The position numbers and the translations under genes are program-made. This document shows positions 32,377 through 44,570 of a stretch of 64,000 nt of DNA, piece after piece (position 1 is the stretch's first letter; each line of letters opens with the position of its first letter). The notes under the pieces are model-generated. The model was not told the DNA's origin. It made no database searches and saw nothing but the letters and a program-made list of their open reading frames with translations. Source of the stretch: Rhodospirillaceae bacterium (lineage in GTDB: Bacteria; Pseudomonadota; Alphaproteobacteria; CACIAM-22H2); assembly GCA_022843945.1 (NCBI GenBank), contig JALHMR010000003.1, positions 164,837 through 228,836 of the forward strand. Direction: 5' to 3'.

Positions 32377-34464
32377 CTAACCCTCGACCCTGGAAAAATC
32401 CGCCACGCCCGCGAGGATGCGGCGAATCTCGGACAACAAGCGCAATCGGTTGGCGCGCAGATCGGCCTCCGGCGCGTTCACCGTGACCTTGTCGAAGAAC
32501 GCGTCGACCGGTCCGCGCAAATTCGCCAAAGCAATCATCGCGCCGCCGAAATTCTCCATTCTCAGCAGCGTATTCATCGCCTGGCGCGCCTCGCTGAGCT
32601 TGCGCTGCAGCGCCCGTTCTTCATCGAGCTTGAGAAGCGCCGGATTGACCGCGCCGTCGTGGCGCTGCTTATCCTTTTTCTCCTCGATCTCGACGATATT
32701 CGAGGCCCGTCGGAAAGCGACCAGCAAATTGGCGCCATCGGCGGTCCCCAGGAAGTCACGCAGCGCCTCGACCCGGGCAAGGATACGAACGATGTCGCTG
32801 TCGCCACCGCGGGCGAACACCGCGGTAATAAGGTCGTGTCGCACCCCCTGTTCGCGCAAGTGCACCTTGAGGCGATCGGCGAAAAAAGCGATCAGGTCGC
32901 TGGCCAGCGCCTCGGCCTTGGCTTCGTCCTCTATCCCATGCTTGAGCAGGGACTTGGCAAAGACGCGGCGGAGCGGCAGGCGCAGCTGGTTCTCGATCAC
33001 CAGGCGAATGACCCCCAGCGCCGCGCGACGCAGGGCAAAGGGATCCTTGGAGCCCGTCGGCTTCTCGCCGATCGACCAGAACCCGGCCAGGGTATCGATC
33101 TTGTCGGCCAGCGCCACGGCCACCGAGACGGGCGCGGTCGGGCAGCGGTCGTTCGGACCGAGCGGCGCATAGTGGTCACGGATCGCATCGGCAACCGCAG
33201 CCGGCTCGCCGTCGTGCAGGGCATAATAGCGCCCCATGACGCCCTGGAGCTCCGGGAACTCCCCGACCATGCCCGACGACAGATCGGCCTTGCACAGCAG
33301 GGCCGCTTCGCGGGCGTCGTCCGGGTCGCAGTCCGGAACGGCGGACACGATCTTGGTCAGCAGCGACTGGATGCGCGAGACCTTGTCGGCCAGCGTGCCC
33401 AGCCTGGCGTGGAAGACGCGGTTGTGCAGATCGGGGACCCGGTTCTCCAGCGCCGTCTTGCGGTCCTGGTCCCAGAAGAACTTGGCGTCGGACAGGCGGG
33501 CGCGCAGCACGCGCTCGTTGCCGCTGACGATGTTGCGCCGCCCCTCTTCGTCGGTCTCCATGTTCGAGACGACGAGGAAGCGCTGGGCCAGGGAGCCATC
33601 CGCGTTGAGCAGTGCGAAATACTTCTGATGCGCGCGCATCGAGGTGACCAGCACCTCGGGCGGCAGATCCATGTAGGCCTTGTCGATCGAGCCGACGAGG
33701 ACCCGCGGCCATTCGACCAGGCCGGTCACTTCCTCCAGCAGGCCGAGATCCTGCTTGAGGGTCAGCCCCTCGCGCTTGGCGGCGTCCTCGGCCTCGCGCA
33801 GGATCATGTCGCGGCGCTCGGCCGGGTCGAGCATGACCTTGGCCGCTGCGAGCTTCGACTTGTAGTCGCTGAAACCGGATACGCGGATTTCACCGGGCGC
33901 CAGGAAGCGATGGCCGGCACTGCGATCGCCATAGGCGATCTGGCTCTTGCCCAGGTCGATCGTGCCGGCGAGCGGCTTGCCGTTGAACAGGCCGAGGGCG
34001 GACTGCAGCGGCCGCACCCAGATGAAGCGGTTGTCGGCCCAGCGCATCGACTTCGGCCAGGGGAAAGCGGCCAGGGTCGAACCGATAAGACCGGGAAGGA
34101 CGCTGGCGGTCGCCTGCCCCTTGCGATCGATCACCGCAAACCAGAACTCCGCCTTGCCAACGGTCCGCTTCTCGCATTGGTCAAGAGTGGTCAGGCCGGC
34201 GCTCTTCAGGAATCCCTGGACCGCCTGATCCGGCGAGCCGACCCGTGGCCCCTTCTTCTCCTCCCTGACATCGGCCTGGGTCTCCGGCAGGCCGTCGACG
34301 ACCAGTGTCAGCCGGCGCGGCGTCACGTAGCTGTCGGCGCGGGTGAATTCGAGCCCGGCTTCTTTCAGCTTGTCGGTCACCAGGCGCTTGAGGTCGTCCG
34401 CCGCGCGGCCTTGCATGCGCGCCGGGATTTCCTCGGAGAACAGTTCGAGCAGGAGCTCGGGCAT
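32377..34464 (-). CDS. glyS: Glycine--tRNA ligase beta subunit
   Basis: [30 protein letters not shown] and KDPFALRR motifs. Confidence 0.96.
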   Translation of the reverse strand: MPELLLELFSEEIPARMQGRAADDLKRLVTDKLKEAGLEFTRADSYVTPRRLTLVVDGLPETQADVREEKKGPRVGSPDQAVQGFLKSAGLTTLDQCEKRTVGKAEFWFAVIDRKGQATASVLPGLIGSTLAAFPWPKSMRWADNRFIWVRPLQSALGLFNGKPLAGTIDLGKSQIAYGDRSAGHRFLAPGEIRVSGFSDYKSKLAAAKVMLDPAERRDMILREAEDAAKREGLTLKQDLGLLEEVTGLVEWPRVLVGSIDKAYMDLPPEVLVTSMRAHQKYFALLNADGSLAQRFLVVSNMETDEEGRRNIVSGNERVLRARLSDAKFFWDQDRKTALENRVPDLHNRVFHARLGTLADKVSRIQSLLTKIVSAVPDCDPDDAREAALLCKADLSSGMVGEFPELQGVMGRYYALHDGEPAAVADAIRDHYAPLGPNDRCPTAPVSVAVALADKIDTLAGFWSIGEKPTGSKDPFALRRAALGVIRLVIENQLRLPLRRVFAKSLLKHGIEDEAKAEALASDLIAFFADRLKVHLREQGVRHDLITAVFARGGDSDIVRILARVEALRDFLGTADGANLLVAFRRASNIVEIEEKKDKQRHDGAVNPALLKLDEERALQRKLSEARQAMNTLLRMENFGGAMIALANLRGPVDAFFDKVTVNAPEADLRANRLRLLSEIRRILAGVADFSRVEG

Positions 34465-35345
34465 CAGGCGCTTACCTTTCGGCTGGCGAGCCAGGCTTCG
34501 CAGCAGCCCTTGGCCAGGGCGCGCACGCGGCCGATATAGGCGGCGCGCTCGGTCACCGAGATCACGCCGCGCGCATCGAGCAGGTTGAAGCGGTGGCTGG
34601 CCTTGATGCACTGGTCGTAGGCCGGCAGCGGCAGCTTCTTTTCCAGAAGCGCCTCGCATTCCTTCTCGGCGTCGGCGAAATGGCTGAGCAGCAACGCCGT
34701 GTCGGCATGCTCGAAATTGTGGGCCGAGAACTCGCGCTCCGCCTGCAGGAAGATGTCGCCGTAGCTCACGCCCTGCCCATTGAAATCGAGGTCATAGACG
34801 TTCTCGACCCCCTGGATGTACATGGCCAGCCGCTCGAGCCCGTAGGTCAGCTCGCAGGAGATCAGGTCGCAGGGAATGCCGCCGACCTGCTGGAAATAGG
34901 TGAACTGGGTCACCTCCATGCCGTCGCACCACACTTCCCAGCCCAGACCCCACGCGCCGAGGGTCGGGCTTTCCCAATCGTCCTCGACGAAGCGGATATC
35001 GTGCCGCAGCGGGTCGATTCCCAGCCGCACCAGACTTTCGAGGTACAGGTTCTGGCTCTCCTGGGGAGAGGGCTTCAGAATCACCTGATATTGGTAGTAG
35101 TGCTGTAGCCGATTGGGATTCTCCCCGTAGCGCCCGTCGGCCGGCCGACGCGAGGGCTGCACATAGGCGGCCTTCCAGGGCTCCGGCCCCAGGGCCCGCA
35201 GAGTCGTGGCGGGGTGAAAGGTCCCCGCCCCCATCTCCATGTCATAGGGCTGCAGGATGACGCAGCCCTGCTCGGCCCAGAAAGCGTGAAGCCTCAGGAT
35301 AAGTTCTTGAAAGCTGGGCGCTTTGCCCGGGCTGCGGCTGACCAT
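34464..35345 (-). CDS. glyQ: Glycine--tRNA ligase alpha subunit
   Basis: [25 protein letters not shown] and ELTYGLERL motifs. Confidence 0.97.
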   Translation of the reverse strand: MVSRSPGKAPSFQELILRLHAFWAEQGCVILQPYDMEMGAGTFHPATTLRALGPEPWKAAYVQPSRRPADGRYGENPNRLQHYYQYQVILKPSPQESQNLYLESLVRLGIDPLRHDIRFVEDDWESPTLGAWGLGWEVWCDGMEVTQFTYFQQVGGIPCDLISCELTYGLERLAMYIQGVENVYDLDFNGQGVSYGDIFLQAEREFSAHNFEHADTALLLSHFADAEKECEALLEKKLPLPAYDQCIKASHRFNLLDARGVISVTERAAYIGRVRALAKGCCEAWLASRKVSA

Positions 35346-35437
35346 TACGGCGGCGATTCGATCGGGGATTGGTGCGGCGCACCATACCGGCGCACCTACC
35401 CCCGATCAAGCTGCCAACCGGGTACCGGCCTTCTAAA

Positions 35438-35713
35438 TCAGGCTCGCGGGAAGGGGCAGTTGGGTTTGCCGCAGGAACGGGCCCCGGGGGCCACGTAGGC
35501 GCCGCAGATGCGGCAGGCCGTCATGACCTCCGGTTCCCTCGCCTTGGCACCGGCCCCTGGCGCCTCCCGCCCCCGGTTCAGGCGGCCAGCCCCACGGCCG
35601 TCGGCCGCCTCGCGCCGCTCTTTCTCCCAGCGCTGGAACCAGCGGAAGCCGAACCAGACGATCGCGATGATCGCGACCAGGACGGCGACTTTGCCAAAGC
35701 TCATGCCGAACAT
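35438..35713 (-). CDS. Small membrane-anchored hypothetical protein with C-terminal Cys cluster
   Basis: N-terminal TM helix; CRICGAYV...CGKPNCP zinc-ribbon-like motif; in operon with S49 peptidase. Confidence 0.7.
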   Translation of the reverse strand: MFGMSFGKVAVLVAIIAIVWFGFRWFQRWEKERREAADGRGAGRLNRGREAPGAGAKAREPEVMTACRICGAYVAPGARSCGKPNCPFPRA

Positions 35714-35723
35714 GGAAGAAGTC

Positions 35724-36614
35724 CTAAAGCCCGTAACGATTCCACAAGGAGCGGGCTTCCACCGCGGCGATCACGTCGTCTGCCCAGGTCACCGGCAGCA
35801 GCGAGAAACCGTCGCTTTCCCAGCCGCCGCGAAACGGCAGGCGACGGCGCCACCACGACACCTCCCCGGTGACCAGGCGCAGCTTGACGTCGTCGCCGAA
35901 GCGCCGGCGCATCGCCGAGCGCAGATCGTCGATGCCGTCGACCAGGCCGAGTTCTACCGCCCGGCGGCCGGTCCAGAATTCGCCGCTGAACAGGTCCTCT
36001 GGTGGGGCCTTCAGACGGTCGCCGCGACGGTCCTTCACCCAGGCCTGGAAGTTGGTGTGGATCTCCGCCTGGATGGCCTTCAGGCGCGCCACATCCTCGG
36101 GATTCTCGGGTTTGAAGGGATCGAGCAGGGTCTTGCGCTCGCCCGCCGTGTAGATGCGGCGCTCGATCCCCAGCCGCTCGATCGCCTCGTTGAAGCCGAA
36201 GCCCGAGGCGATGACGCCGATCGAGCCCACGATCGAGCTGGCATCGGCATAGATCTCGTCCGCCGCGCAGGCCAGCCAATAGCCGCCCGAAGCCGCCACA
36301 TCCTCGGCGAAGGCGACGACGGGGATGTCTTTCTCGGCGGCCAGCTGGCGGATGCGCTGGGCGATCAGCGCCGACTGGACCGGCGAGCCGCCCGGGGAAT
36401 TGATCGCCAGCGCCACGCAGGAAAGGCCCGGCAGCGAAAAGGCGCGCTGCAGCGGGCCGGCCAGGCGGGCGAGCGAGATTCCCGAGCGCAGCGGCCCGAC
36501 CTGGCCGATGACGCCGGCCAGGCGCACCACCGCGACCACGGGGGTCGGGTGCTGCAGGCGCTCGATCGGCAGATGGGCCAGCCACCCGCGGATCTTCTCT
36601 GACCAGGTTTCCAT
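35724..36614 (-). CDS. S49 family peptidase (SppA/SohB-like)
   Basis: INSPGGSPVQS, AASGGYW and GSIGV motifs. Confidence 0.92.
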   Translation of the reverse strand: METWSEKIRGWLAHLPIERLQHPTPVVAVVRLAGVIGQVGPLRSGISLARLAGPLQRAFSLPGLSCVALAINSPGGSPVQSALIAQRIRQLAAEKDIPVVAFAEDVAASGGYWLACAADEIYADASSIVGSIGVIASGFGFNEAIERLGIERRIYTAGERKTLLDPFKPENPEDVARLKAIQAEIHTNFQAWVKDRRGDRLKAPPEDLFSGEFWTGRRAVELGLVDGIDDLRSAMRRRFGDDVKLRLVTGEVSWWRRRLPFRGGWESDGFSLLPVTWADDVIAAVEARSLWNRYGL

Positions 36615-36650
36615 GGATGCAGATTAGCCCCGGAGCCGCCGGGTGGCGAA

Positions 36651-37418
36651 TCAGCGCGCGGTGAGCGGCGATGCCTCGCGCAGAATGGCCTCGGCCTGCG
36701 GGGTGAAGCGGCCTTCGTGATCGTGCAGGATCAGTCCCCGGCCGGAGGCGCGCGGCGTATTGTCGCCGCGAATGCCCGTGACCACCACGCGCTTGGGCTG
36801 GGCGCCGGTCTTGGGCCATAGCGGCACGGTGACGAGCGCCCCGCAACCGGCACGCTCCAGGGCTTCGCACAGCTCGCCCGCGCGATCGAAGCGGTGGACG
36901 AAAACCACCACACCCTTGGGCTTGACGAAGCGCGCCGCGGCACGCGTCCAGTCGGCGAGATCGGCTTCGCTTTGCACCGTGGCAGCGGCCTTGCGCGGAT
37001 CCGGCGGAGGATCCGCCGCCTCGGGATCGAGGTACGGCGGATTGGCGATCACCGCCTCGAAGCTTCCGACGATCAGCGAGCGCGGCGGATTCAGCAGATC
37101 GCCGGCCGAGACGGTCACGCGATTGCCGAAATCGTTGGCCTCGACGTTGCTCTGGGCGATCTTGACCAGGATGGGATCGCGTTCCAGCCCGACCACGGTC
37201 AGGTCGCTGCGCCGGCGCGCCAGGCAGAGCATCGCGGCGCCGGCGCCGCAGCCGAGATCGAGCACCCGCCCCTTCACGCTGTCCGGTACGGCGGCGGCCA
37301 GAAAGACGGGATCGATGGCGGCCCGGTAGCCTTCCGCCGGCTGCCGGAAAATCACTTTTCCAGCGAGCAGCGCGTCTTCGGTGACCGGGATGGGAAACGA
37401 GGGGCCGGGATCAGTCAT
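36651..37418 (-). CDS. SAM-dependent methyltransferase (tRNA1Val A37 N6-methylase-like)
   Basis: QPAEGYRAAID, VLDLGCGAG and NPPY motifs. Confidence 0.85.
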   Translation of the reverse strand: MTDPGPSFPIPVTEDALLAGKVIFRQPAEGYRAAIDPVFLAAAVPDSVKGRVLDLGCGAGAAMLCLARRRSDLTVVGLERDPILVKIAQSNVEANDFGNRVTVSAGDLLNPPRSLIVGSFEAVIANPPYLDPEAADPPPDPRKAAATVQSEADLADWTRAAARFVKPKGVVVFVHRFDRAGELCEALERAGCGALVTVPLWPKTGAQPKRVVVTGIRGDNTPRASGRGLILHDHEGRFTPQAEAILREASPLTAR

Positions 37419-37629
37419 GGAACAACGTGGGATCAGCTTCAGCGAGAAGGCGGCGGGCGGCGGCGTAGTCCGTATCGTCTACCATAATTCGACGGGGTAT
37501 TGCGGAGATCGATCCTTCGAGAACGGAGGCGTGCATATCCAGGAGAACGGCCGGGATACCGGCACCGGCCAGCACCGCTTCGGACCAGGATAGCAGCACC
37601 GGATCGTTGGTTCGCAGCAGCTCCTTCAT
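37411..37629 (-). CDS. DUF2007 family protein
   Basis: MKELLRTNDPV...SVLEGSI...PRRIMV; usual position between ispB and the methyltransferase. Confidence 0.8.
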   Translation of the reverse strand: MKELLRTNDPVLLSWSEAVLAGAGIPAVLLDMHASVLEGSISAIPRRIMVDDTDYAAARRLLAEADPTLFHD

Positions 37630-37761
37630 GACCCTTCCGGTCGCGGTCTCGGCCCCGCCCCGCCGTCTTCAGCCTCGCCTTGACCGAGCACACCGGCATA
37701 CTATGCTCCGCCTTGGCGGACAAGGTCGTAAGACCGTCCGGGGACAAGCGGGAGAGTCCGA

Positions 37762-38778
37762 GTGGCCGTCGTCGTCAATCTGCAGAACGAGCGCAAACAG
37801 CGACCGTCCATCGCCGCGCTGACGGCGCTGGCCGGCGACGATCTCAAGCAGGTCAACGAAGTGATCCTGCAGCGCATGCAGAGCCCGGTGGCCCTGATCC
37901 CGCAGCTGGCCGGACACATCATCGCGGCCGGTGGCAAGCGGCTGCGCCCCCTGCTGACCCTGGCCAGTGCCCGCATGTGCGGCTACGAGGGCCGCCGGCA
38001 CGTCGCCCTCGCCGCCTGCGTCGAGTTCATCCATACCGCCACGCTGCTCCACGACGACGTCGTCGACGAGAGCGACCTGCGCCGGGGCCTGGCCACGGCC
38101 AACGCGGTGTGGGGCAACAAGGCCAGCGTGCTGGTCGGCGATTTCCTGTTCAGCCGCGCCTTCCAGCTGATGGTCGAGGACGGTTCGCTCTCGGTGCTGG
38201 CCATCCTGTCCAATGCCTCGGCGGTGATCGCCGAGGGCGAAGTGCTGCAGCTGATGACCGCCAACGACACCGAGACGACCGAGCACGCCTATCTCGAGGT
38301 CATCAAGGCCAAGACCGCGACCCTGTTCGCCGCCGCCTGCCGCGTCGGTGCCGTGGTCGCCTCGCGGCCCAAGGTCGAGGAGGAGGCGCTCGATTCCTAC
38401 GGCCTCAATCTCGGCATCGCCTTCCAGATCGTCGACGACGTGCTCGACTACGCCGCCCACCAGGCAACGCTGGGCAAGAGCGTGGGCGACGACTTCCGCG
38501 ATGGCAAGATCACCCTGCCGGTGGTCCTGTCATTCCTGCGCGGCGACGAGACCGAGCGCGAGTTCTGGCGCCGCACGCTGGAGCGCCTCGAGCAGGGCGA
38601 CGGCGATCTCGAGCATGCCGTGGTCCTCATGGAAAAGCACGGCAGCCTGCGCGATTCGATCGAGCGGGCGAAGCATTACGGCGCGGTGGCGCGTGATGCC
38701 CTGGGCGTCTTCCCCGACAGCCCGGAGAAACGCGCGCTGCTCGAGCTCGTCGATTTCGCGATTTCAAGAAGCCACTAA
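37762..38778 (+). CDS. ispB: Polyprenyl (octa/decaprenyl) diphosphate synthase
   Basis: GGKRLRP, LHDDVVD..RRG and FQIVDDVLD motifs. Confidence 0.92.
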   Translation: MAVVVNLQNERKQRPSIAALTALAGDDLKQVNEVILQRMQSPVALIPQLAGHIIAAGGKRLRPLLTLASARMCGYEGRRHVALAACVEFIHTATLLHDDVVDESDLRRGLATANAVWGNKASVLVGDFLFSRAFQLMVEDGSLSVLAILSNASAVIAEGEVLQLMTANDTETTEHAYLEVIKAKTATLFAAACRVGAVVASRPKVEEEALDSYGLNLGIAFQIVDDVLDYAAHQATLGKSVGDDFRDGKITLPVVLSFLRGDETEREFWRRTLERLEQGDGDLEHAVVLMEKHGSLRDSIERAKHYGAVARDALGVFPDSPEKRALLELVDFAISRSH

Positions 38779-38784
38779 CCCTAT

Positions 38785-38988
38785 TCGTCATCCCGGACGA
38801 GCGTCCTGCGCTGCGCCGCCGCAAAGCGCCGGCGGGCGCGTAAAGACTCGGAGATCCGGGATCCATCTCACCGTCGGCACAATGGACCCCGGATCGCGCG
38901 GCCCCCAATTTTCCCCGCGCGCGCAGCCGCCACACCAACCCTGCGCGCGCGGTAATAGACGGGAAAGGCCGCTTGTCCGGGGTGACGA
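38785..38988. repeat. REP/MITE-like palindromic intergenic element
   Basis: Terminal IR TCGTCATCCCGGAC / GTCCGGGGTGACGA; internal IRs GATCCGGGATCCAT / ATGGACCCCGGATC and CCGCGCGCGCAG / CTGCGCGCGCGG. Confidence 0.75.
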
Positions 38989-39783
38989 TCAGGTTTTGTA
39001 GCTGGGGTCCTTGCGGTCGAGCATGCGCAGGAGTGCGGGCCATTCGCGGGTTGTGCCTGTCCCCACCCCGATACCGGCCGCGCCACCTTCCCATTGCTGC
39101 GCCGTATGCTCGCTGACGTCCGGCGGCGGCAGAACGATGGGCCGGCCGGTATGCATGACATCGAGCTGCGCTTGGCAGGCCTGCTCCAGGTAGTAGATGA
39201 AGCGGAAGGCCTCGGCGACGCTGCGGCCGCAGGTCAGCAGGCCATGATTGCGCAGGATCATCGCGTTGCGCTTGCCGAGATCGGCGATCAGGCGGCACCG
39301 CTCCTCGAGATCGAGCGCGAAGCCCTCGTAATCGTGGTAGGCGATGCGATTATAGAACTGGAAGGCGCCCTGGGTGACCGGCACGAAGCCTTCCCGCAGC
39401 GCCGAGACGGCCGACCCGGCGCGGCTGTGCGTGTGAATCACCGACACGACGTCCGGGCGCGCGCCATGCACCGCGCTGTGGATGACGAAGCCGGCGCGAT
39501 TGATGTCGTGGGGCGTGTCCTCGACAATGTTGCCGTCGAGATCGATCTTCACCAGGTTCGAGGCGGTGATCTCGTCGTACATCAGGCCGTAGGGATTGAT
39601 CAGGTAGTGATGCTGATCGCCCGGCACGCGGGCCGTGATGTGGTTGTAGACGAGATCGGTCATGCCGAAATGCTCGACCAGCCGGTAGCAGGCGGCGACG
39701 TCGACGCGCATCGCCCACTCGGCCTCGCTCCAGTTGCGGCCGGCGGGCGGAGGGGCCGGGTGGAGTGGCGCTCGACTGGCCAT
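38989..39783 (-). CDS. Class II aldolase/adducin family protein
   Basis: NHITAR, IHSAVH, HTHS and LRNHG motifs; GGAGG before ATG 39783. Confidence 0.92.
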   Translation of the reverse strand: MASRAPLHPAPPPAGRNWSEAEWAMRVDVAACYRLVEHFGMTDLVYNHITARVPGDQHHYLINPYGLMYDEITASNLVKIDLDGNIVEDTPHDINRAGFVIHSAVHGARPDVVSVIHTHSRAGSAVSALREGFVPVTQGAFQFYNRIAYHDYEGFALDLEERCRLIADLGKRNAMILRNHGLLTCGRSVAEAFRFIYYLEQACQAQLDVMHTGRPIVLPPPDVSEHTAQQWEGGAAGIGVGTGTTREWPALLRMLDRKDPSYKT

Positions 39784-39924
39784 GCGAGTCCTCCAAGACA
39801 TTGTTTATACTAACTAATTCGTCCTATTATAGCGTCGCTGGCGGCCGCCGTCACGGCCGCGCGCGACCTTATCTACATGCCTTGCGGGGCCGGGGGGATA
39901 CGTCTATAACGCGGGGCCCACGGT

Positions 39925-40001
39925 CGGAGTGTAGCTCAGCCTGGTAGAGCACTAGCTTCGGGAGCTAGGGGTCGGAGGTTCGAATCCTCTCACTCCGACC
40001 A
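39925..40001 (+). tRNA. tRNA-Pro(CGG)
   Basis: CGGAGTG acceptor stem, CTAGC-TTCGGGA-GCTAG anticodon arm, GGTTCGAATCC T-arm, encoded CCA. Confidence 0.97.
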
Positions 40002-40271
40002 ATTTTTCAAACCGGACAATCTGCAGTTCTCTCCGTGCGCCCGCCTGGGCGCGGGCGCCCTGGGCTGCAGACCGCTAGAAACCATCCTGCCAACGGCGCG
40101 GTCACGTTTGGCCGCATCATGTCGCAAACACGCCGCCGTTCACGTCGGTCGTCGCGGCGGCGACATAGCCGGCCTCGCTCACCCGCCGCACCGGAATCGT
40201 AGCTGCCGCCTCACGCGCGACCTCTGAGTCGGCGGGCGGTCATGTTCGCTACGATCCAGCCCGGCGCGATG

Positions 40272-41822
40272 CTACCGGGTCGCTTTTACCCGAATGACGT
40301 TCCACGACGCCGGCTTCAGGGTTGCCTGCACATGATTGCCATCGATTCGCACACTGGACAGTGGCGATGGGGCAACCCGGTTCGGTGCCTCCTTCGTATT
40401 TGTAGCCTGGAGATCGGCATGGTGCAGCTGCAGGGCCGTGTCGACCTTCATCGCGCCAAAACCCTTGGCGTCCACACGCAACGGCATCTCCTCGGTGAGA
40501 TGGCGATTGAGCGCGAACAGGGTGAGCATCCCCTCCTTGTCGTCGTGCACGGCCGAGAGCTTGAGGTACGGCGCCTCGGGCACCGGGAAATAGAGGTCCT
40601 GCGGCCCGCGCGGGTCGTAGTAGTTCGCCGCGTAGGCAGGTGAGTCGATCTGGGTGCGCAGCACCCGGCCGCGCCCGAAATTGCTGAAATGCGCGAAGGG
40701 ATGGAAGATGGTCTGGCGCCAGGCCGGGCCACCGGTCTCGGTCATGATCGGCGCGATGACGTTGACCAGCTGCGCCAGGCAGCCGGCCTTCACCCGGTCG
40801 GCGTGATTAAGCAGCGAGATGCACGCGCCGCCGAAAGCCAGCGCGTCCTCCATGTTGTAGATCTCCTCGAGGATCGGCGGCGCCACCGGCCAGCCCGGCA
40901 GGACCCGCTCCTGACGATTGCGCCGGGTGCGGTACCAGACGTTCCACTCGTCGAAGCTCAGCATGATGCGCCTGGGTGAGCGCCGCCGCGCGGCGACCGC
41001 GTCGGCGATCGCCACGACCTCATCGATAAAACTGTCCATCAGGTCGCAGGCTGCCAGGAAGGCCGGCGTGTCGCCGGCGTAGTTGTTGATATAGGTATGC
41101 AGCGAGATGAACTCGACATGATCGAAGGTATGCTCGAGCACCGTCTCTTCCCAGGCGCCGTACGTCGGCATGCTGCGCCCCGACGAGCCGCAGGCCGCAA
41201 GCTCGATCGACGGATCGATCCAGCGCATCATCTTGGCCGCCTCGACCGCGATGCGGCCGTACTCGGTGGCCGTCTTGGCCTCCATCTGCCACGGCCCGTC
41301 CATCTCGTTACCCAGGCACCAGAACTTGACGTCGTGAGGCTTCTCCCAGCCGTGCTTGCGGCGCATGTCGGACCACGCCGTCCCGGACGGGTGGTTGCAG
41401 TATTCGAGCATGTTACGCGCCGCGTCGCCGGCCCGTGTCCCGAGATTGACCGCCAGCATCGGCTCGATCTCGGTCGCGCGGCACCAGTCGATGAACTCGT
41501 TGGTGCCGAAGCTGTTGGGCTCGGTCGACATCCAGGCGAGGTCCAGCCGGCGCGGGCGCTCGGCGACCGGCCCGACGCCGTCCTCCCAGTTGTAGCCCGA
41601 GACGAAATTGCCGCCCGGATAGCGCATGATGGTCGGTGCGAGCTCCCGCACCAGCGCCGCCACGTCCTTGCGGAAGCCCTGCTTGTCTGCCGTCTTGTGG
41701 CCGGGCTCGTAGATGCCGCCGTAGACGCAGCGCCCGAGATGCTCGACGAATGCACCGAACAGGCGGCGGTCGGTGACGCCGATCTCGAAATCGCGATGCA
41801 GGAGAACGTCGACGTTACGCAT
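40272..41822 (-). CDS. abfA: Alpha-L-arabinofuranosidase (GH51)
   Basis: FVEHLGRCVYGG, RYPGGNF, WCLGNEMDG and SFDEWNVW catalytic motifs. Confidence 0.93.
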   Translation of the reverse strand: MRNVDVLLHRDFEIGVTDRRLFGAFVEHLGRCVYGGIYEPGHKTADKQGFRKDVAALVRELAPTIMRYPGGNFVSGYNWEDGVGPVAERPRRLDLAWMSTEPNSFGTNEFIDWCRATEIEPMLAVNLGTRAGDAARNMLEYCNHPSGTAWSDMRRKHGWEKPHDVKFWCLGNEMDGPWQMEAKTATEYGRIAVEAAKMMRWIDPSIELAACGSSGRSMPTYGAWEETVLEHTFDHVEFISLHTYINNYAGDTPAFLAACDLMDSFIDEVVAIADAVAARRRSPRRIMLSFDEWNVWYRTRRNRQERVLPGWPVAPPILEEIYNMEDALAFGGACISLLNHADRVKAGCLAQLVNVIAPIMTETGGPAWRQTIFHPFAHFSNFGRGRVLRTQIDSPAYAANYYDPRGPQDLYFPVPEAPYLKLSAVHDDKEGMLTLFALNRHLTEEMPLRVDAKGFGAMKVDTALQLHHADLQATNTKEAPNRVAPSPLSSVRIDGNHVQATLKPASWNVIRVKATR

Positions 41823-41854
41823 GCCACTCTGCCTCCGTGTTGAAACGAATCATC

Positions 41855-42702
<848 letters not shown>

Positions 42703-42703
<1 letters not shown>

Positions 42704-43716
42704 CAGGCGGCCCTCCCCGGCGGGGTCACAGCGAAACACGCCACGCGACGCCCCGGCAGCACCTCGACCATCGGCGGGTTCTGCGTCCGGCAGATATCCA
42801 TGGCCAGCGGGCAGCGCGGATGGAAGCGGCAGCCGGGCGGCGGTGCCGCCAGGCTGGGCGGCGTGCCTTCGAGCCCCTTCTTGGGCGCCGTGTTGCCGAT
42901 GCGCGGCAGGCTGGCCACGAGATGGGTCGTATAGGGGTGCTTCGGCGCCTTGAAGATCTCGGCCGTGGGCCCTTCCTCCACCAGCCGTCCGGCATACATG
43001 ATCCCCAGCCGGTGGCAGAGATTGGCGTGCACAGCGAGATCGTGGGTCACGAAGATCAGCGACGAGCCGATCTCCTTCTGCACGTCGCGGATCATCGCCA
43101 GCACGCTATTCTGCACGATCACGTCCAGGGCGGTGGTCGGCTCGTCGGCGATGATGAATTCGGGCCGGCAGACGGTGGCCAGCGCGATGGCGACGCGCTG
43201 ACGCATGCCGCCCGAGAGCTGGTGCGGATAGGCGGCCAGGATGTCGGGGTTGAGATCGAGCCGCTGCAGATGGGCCCGGACGATATCCAGGAATTCCGGC
43301 TTCCGCTTGCCGATATGGCGGAAGGCAAAATCGACGAAGGCCCGCTCGACCCGGCGCACCGGGTTCAGGACGCTCATCGAGCCCTGCATGATGTAGGAGA
43401 GGTGCTTCCAGCGGACGGCGGCCACGGTCTCGTCGTCGGCTTTCTGCATGTCCACCGGACGGCCCGCAAAGTTGAAGACCACGGAGCCGCCGACCACCCG
43501 CAGCGGCGGCTTGATTGCCGCGGCGATGGTGCGGATCAGGGTCGTCTTGCCGCAGCTCGACTCGCCCGCAAGGCCGTAGATCTCGTTGGCGTTGACGTGG
43601 AAGGTGACGTCGTCGACCGCCCGCACCTCGCGGTCGAGCCCGAACGAGGAGATCTTGTAGTAGGCCCGCAAGGCCTCGACCTGGAGAACCGGGGCCGTGG
43701 ATGCCGCAGCACTCAT
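42703..43716 (-). CDS. ABC transporter ATP-binding protein (Opp/Dpp type)
   Basis: [17 protein letters not shown] and GCRFHPRCP motifs; ATG 43716. Confidence 0.92.
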
Positions 43717-44567
43717 CCCGTCACGCGATTCAGGCGGCTGCGCGGGTCGATATGCTCGTTCATCGACACGGCCAGCAGGAACAGGCCGACGAAGGCGATG
43801 ACCACCAGCAGGACCGGGAACAGGATCCACCACCACACGCCGGCGACCAGCGCCGTGTGCTGGTTGGCCCAGTAGATCAAAACGCCGATGGTCGGCGTGT
43901 TGATGTCGGTGAAGCCAAGGACCGACAGCGTCACCTCGAGCCCGATCGACCAATTCATGTTGTTCATCAGGGTCGAGAAGACGATGGGCATGACGTAGGG
44001 CAGGTGCTCCTGGGTCAGGATCTGCCGCATGCTCATGCCGGAGAAGATGCTGGTCTCGGTGAACTCGCGGGTACGCAGGCTCATGGCAATGGAGCGGATC
44101 AGCCGCGCGTCGTAGGCCCAGCCGAGACACGACATGGCCAGCGCCAGCAATCCCCACGACATCTTGTCGCGCATCACGAAGTAGAACAGGACAAGGATCG
44201 GAAAGAGCGGGATGACGATGAACGTGTCGTTGAGCGACATCAGGATGCGGTCAACGATGCCGCCGGCGTAGCCGGCGACCAGGCCGATGACCAGCGACAG
44301 GATGCGGCTGAGCAACGCCACGGCGAAGCCGAAGAGCAGCGTGTTGCGGATGGCGAAAGTCAGCAGCCAGAAGACGTCCTGGCCGCGCGAGGTAGTGCCG
44401 AGTGGATAGGCCCAGGAAGGCGGCACGTCAGGTGGCACGACGAAGCTGTCATTGGGCGGATAGGGCGAGAAGAACGATAGCGACGCGAAAATCACCACGA
44501 AGCCCAGCAGCACTACGCCTATCGCGAATTCGCGGTTGTAGCGGAAGAGGTCGAGGACGACGCGCAT
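43713..44567 (-). CDS. ABC transporter permease (OppC-like)
   Basis: [10 protein letters not shown], multiple TM helices. Confidence 0.9.
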   Translation of the reverse strand: MRVVLDLFRYNREFAIGVVLLGFVVIFASLSFFSPYPPNDSFVVPPDVPPSWAYPLGTTSRGQDVFWLLTFAIRNTLLFGFAVALLSRILSLVIGLVAGYAGGIVDRILMSLNDTFIVIPLFPILVLFYFVMRDKMSWGLLALAMSCLGWAYDARLIRSIAMSLRTREFTETSIFSGMSMRQILTQEHLPYVMPIVFSTLMNNMNWSIGLEVTLSVLGFTDINTPTIGVLIYWANQHTALVAGVWWWILFPVLLVVIAFVGLFLLAVSMNEHIDPRSRLNRVTG

Positions 44568-44570
44568 GGC

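Noticed and set aside
32377-32960. Apparently more AT-rich codon use in the 3' part of glyS suggesting recombination
   Set aside because: Visual impression only; the frame is intact and it cannot be quantified without computation
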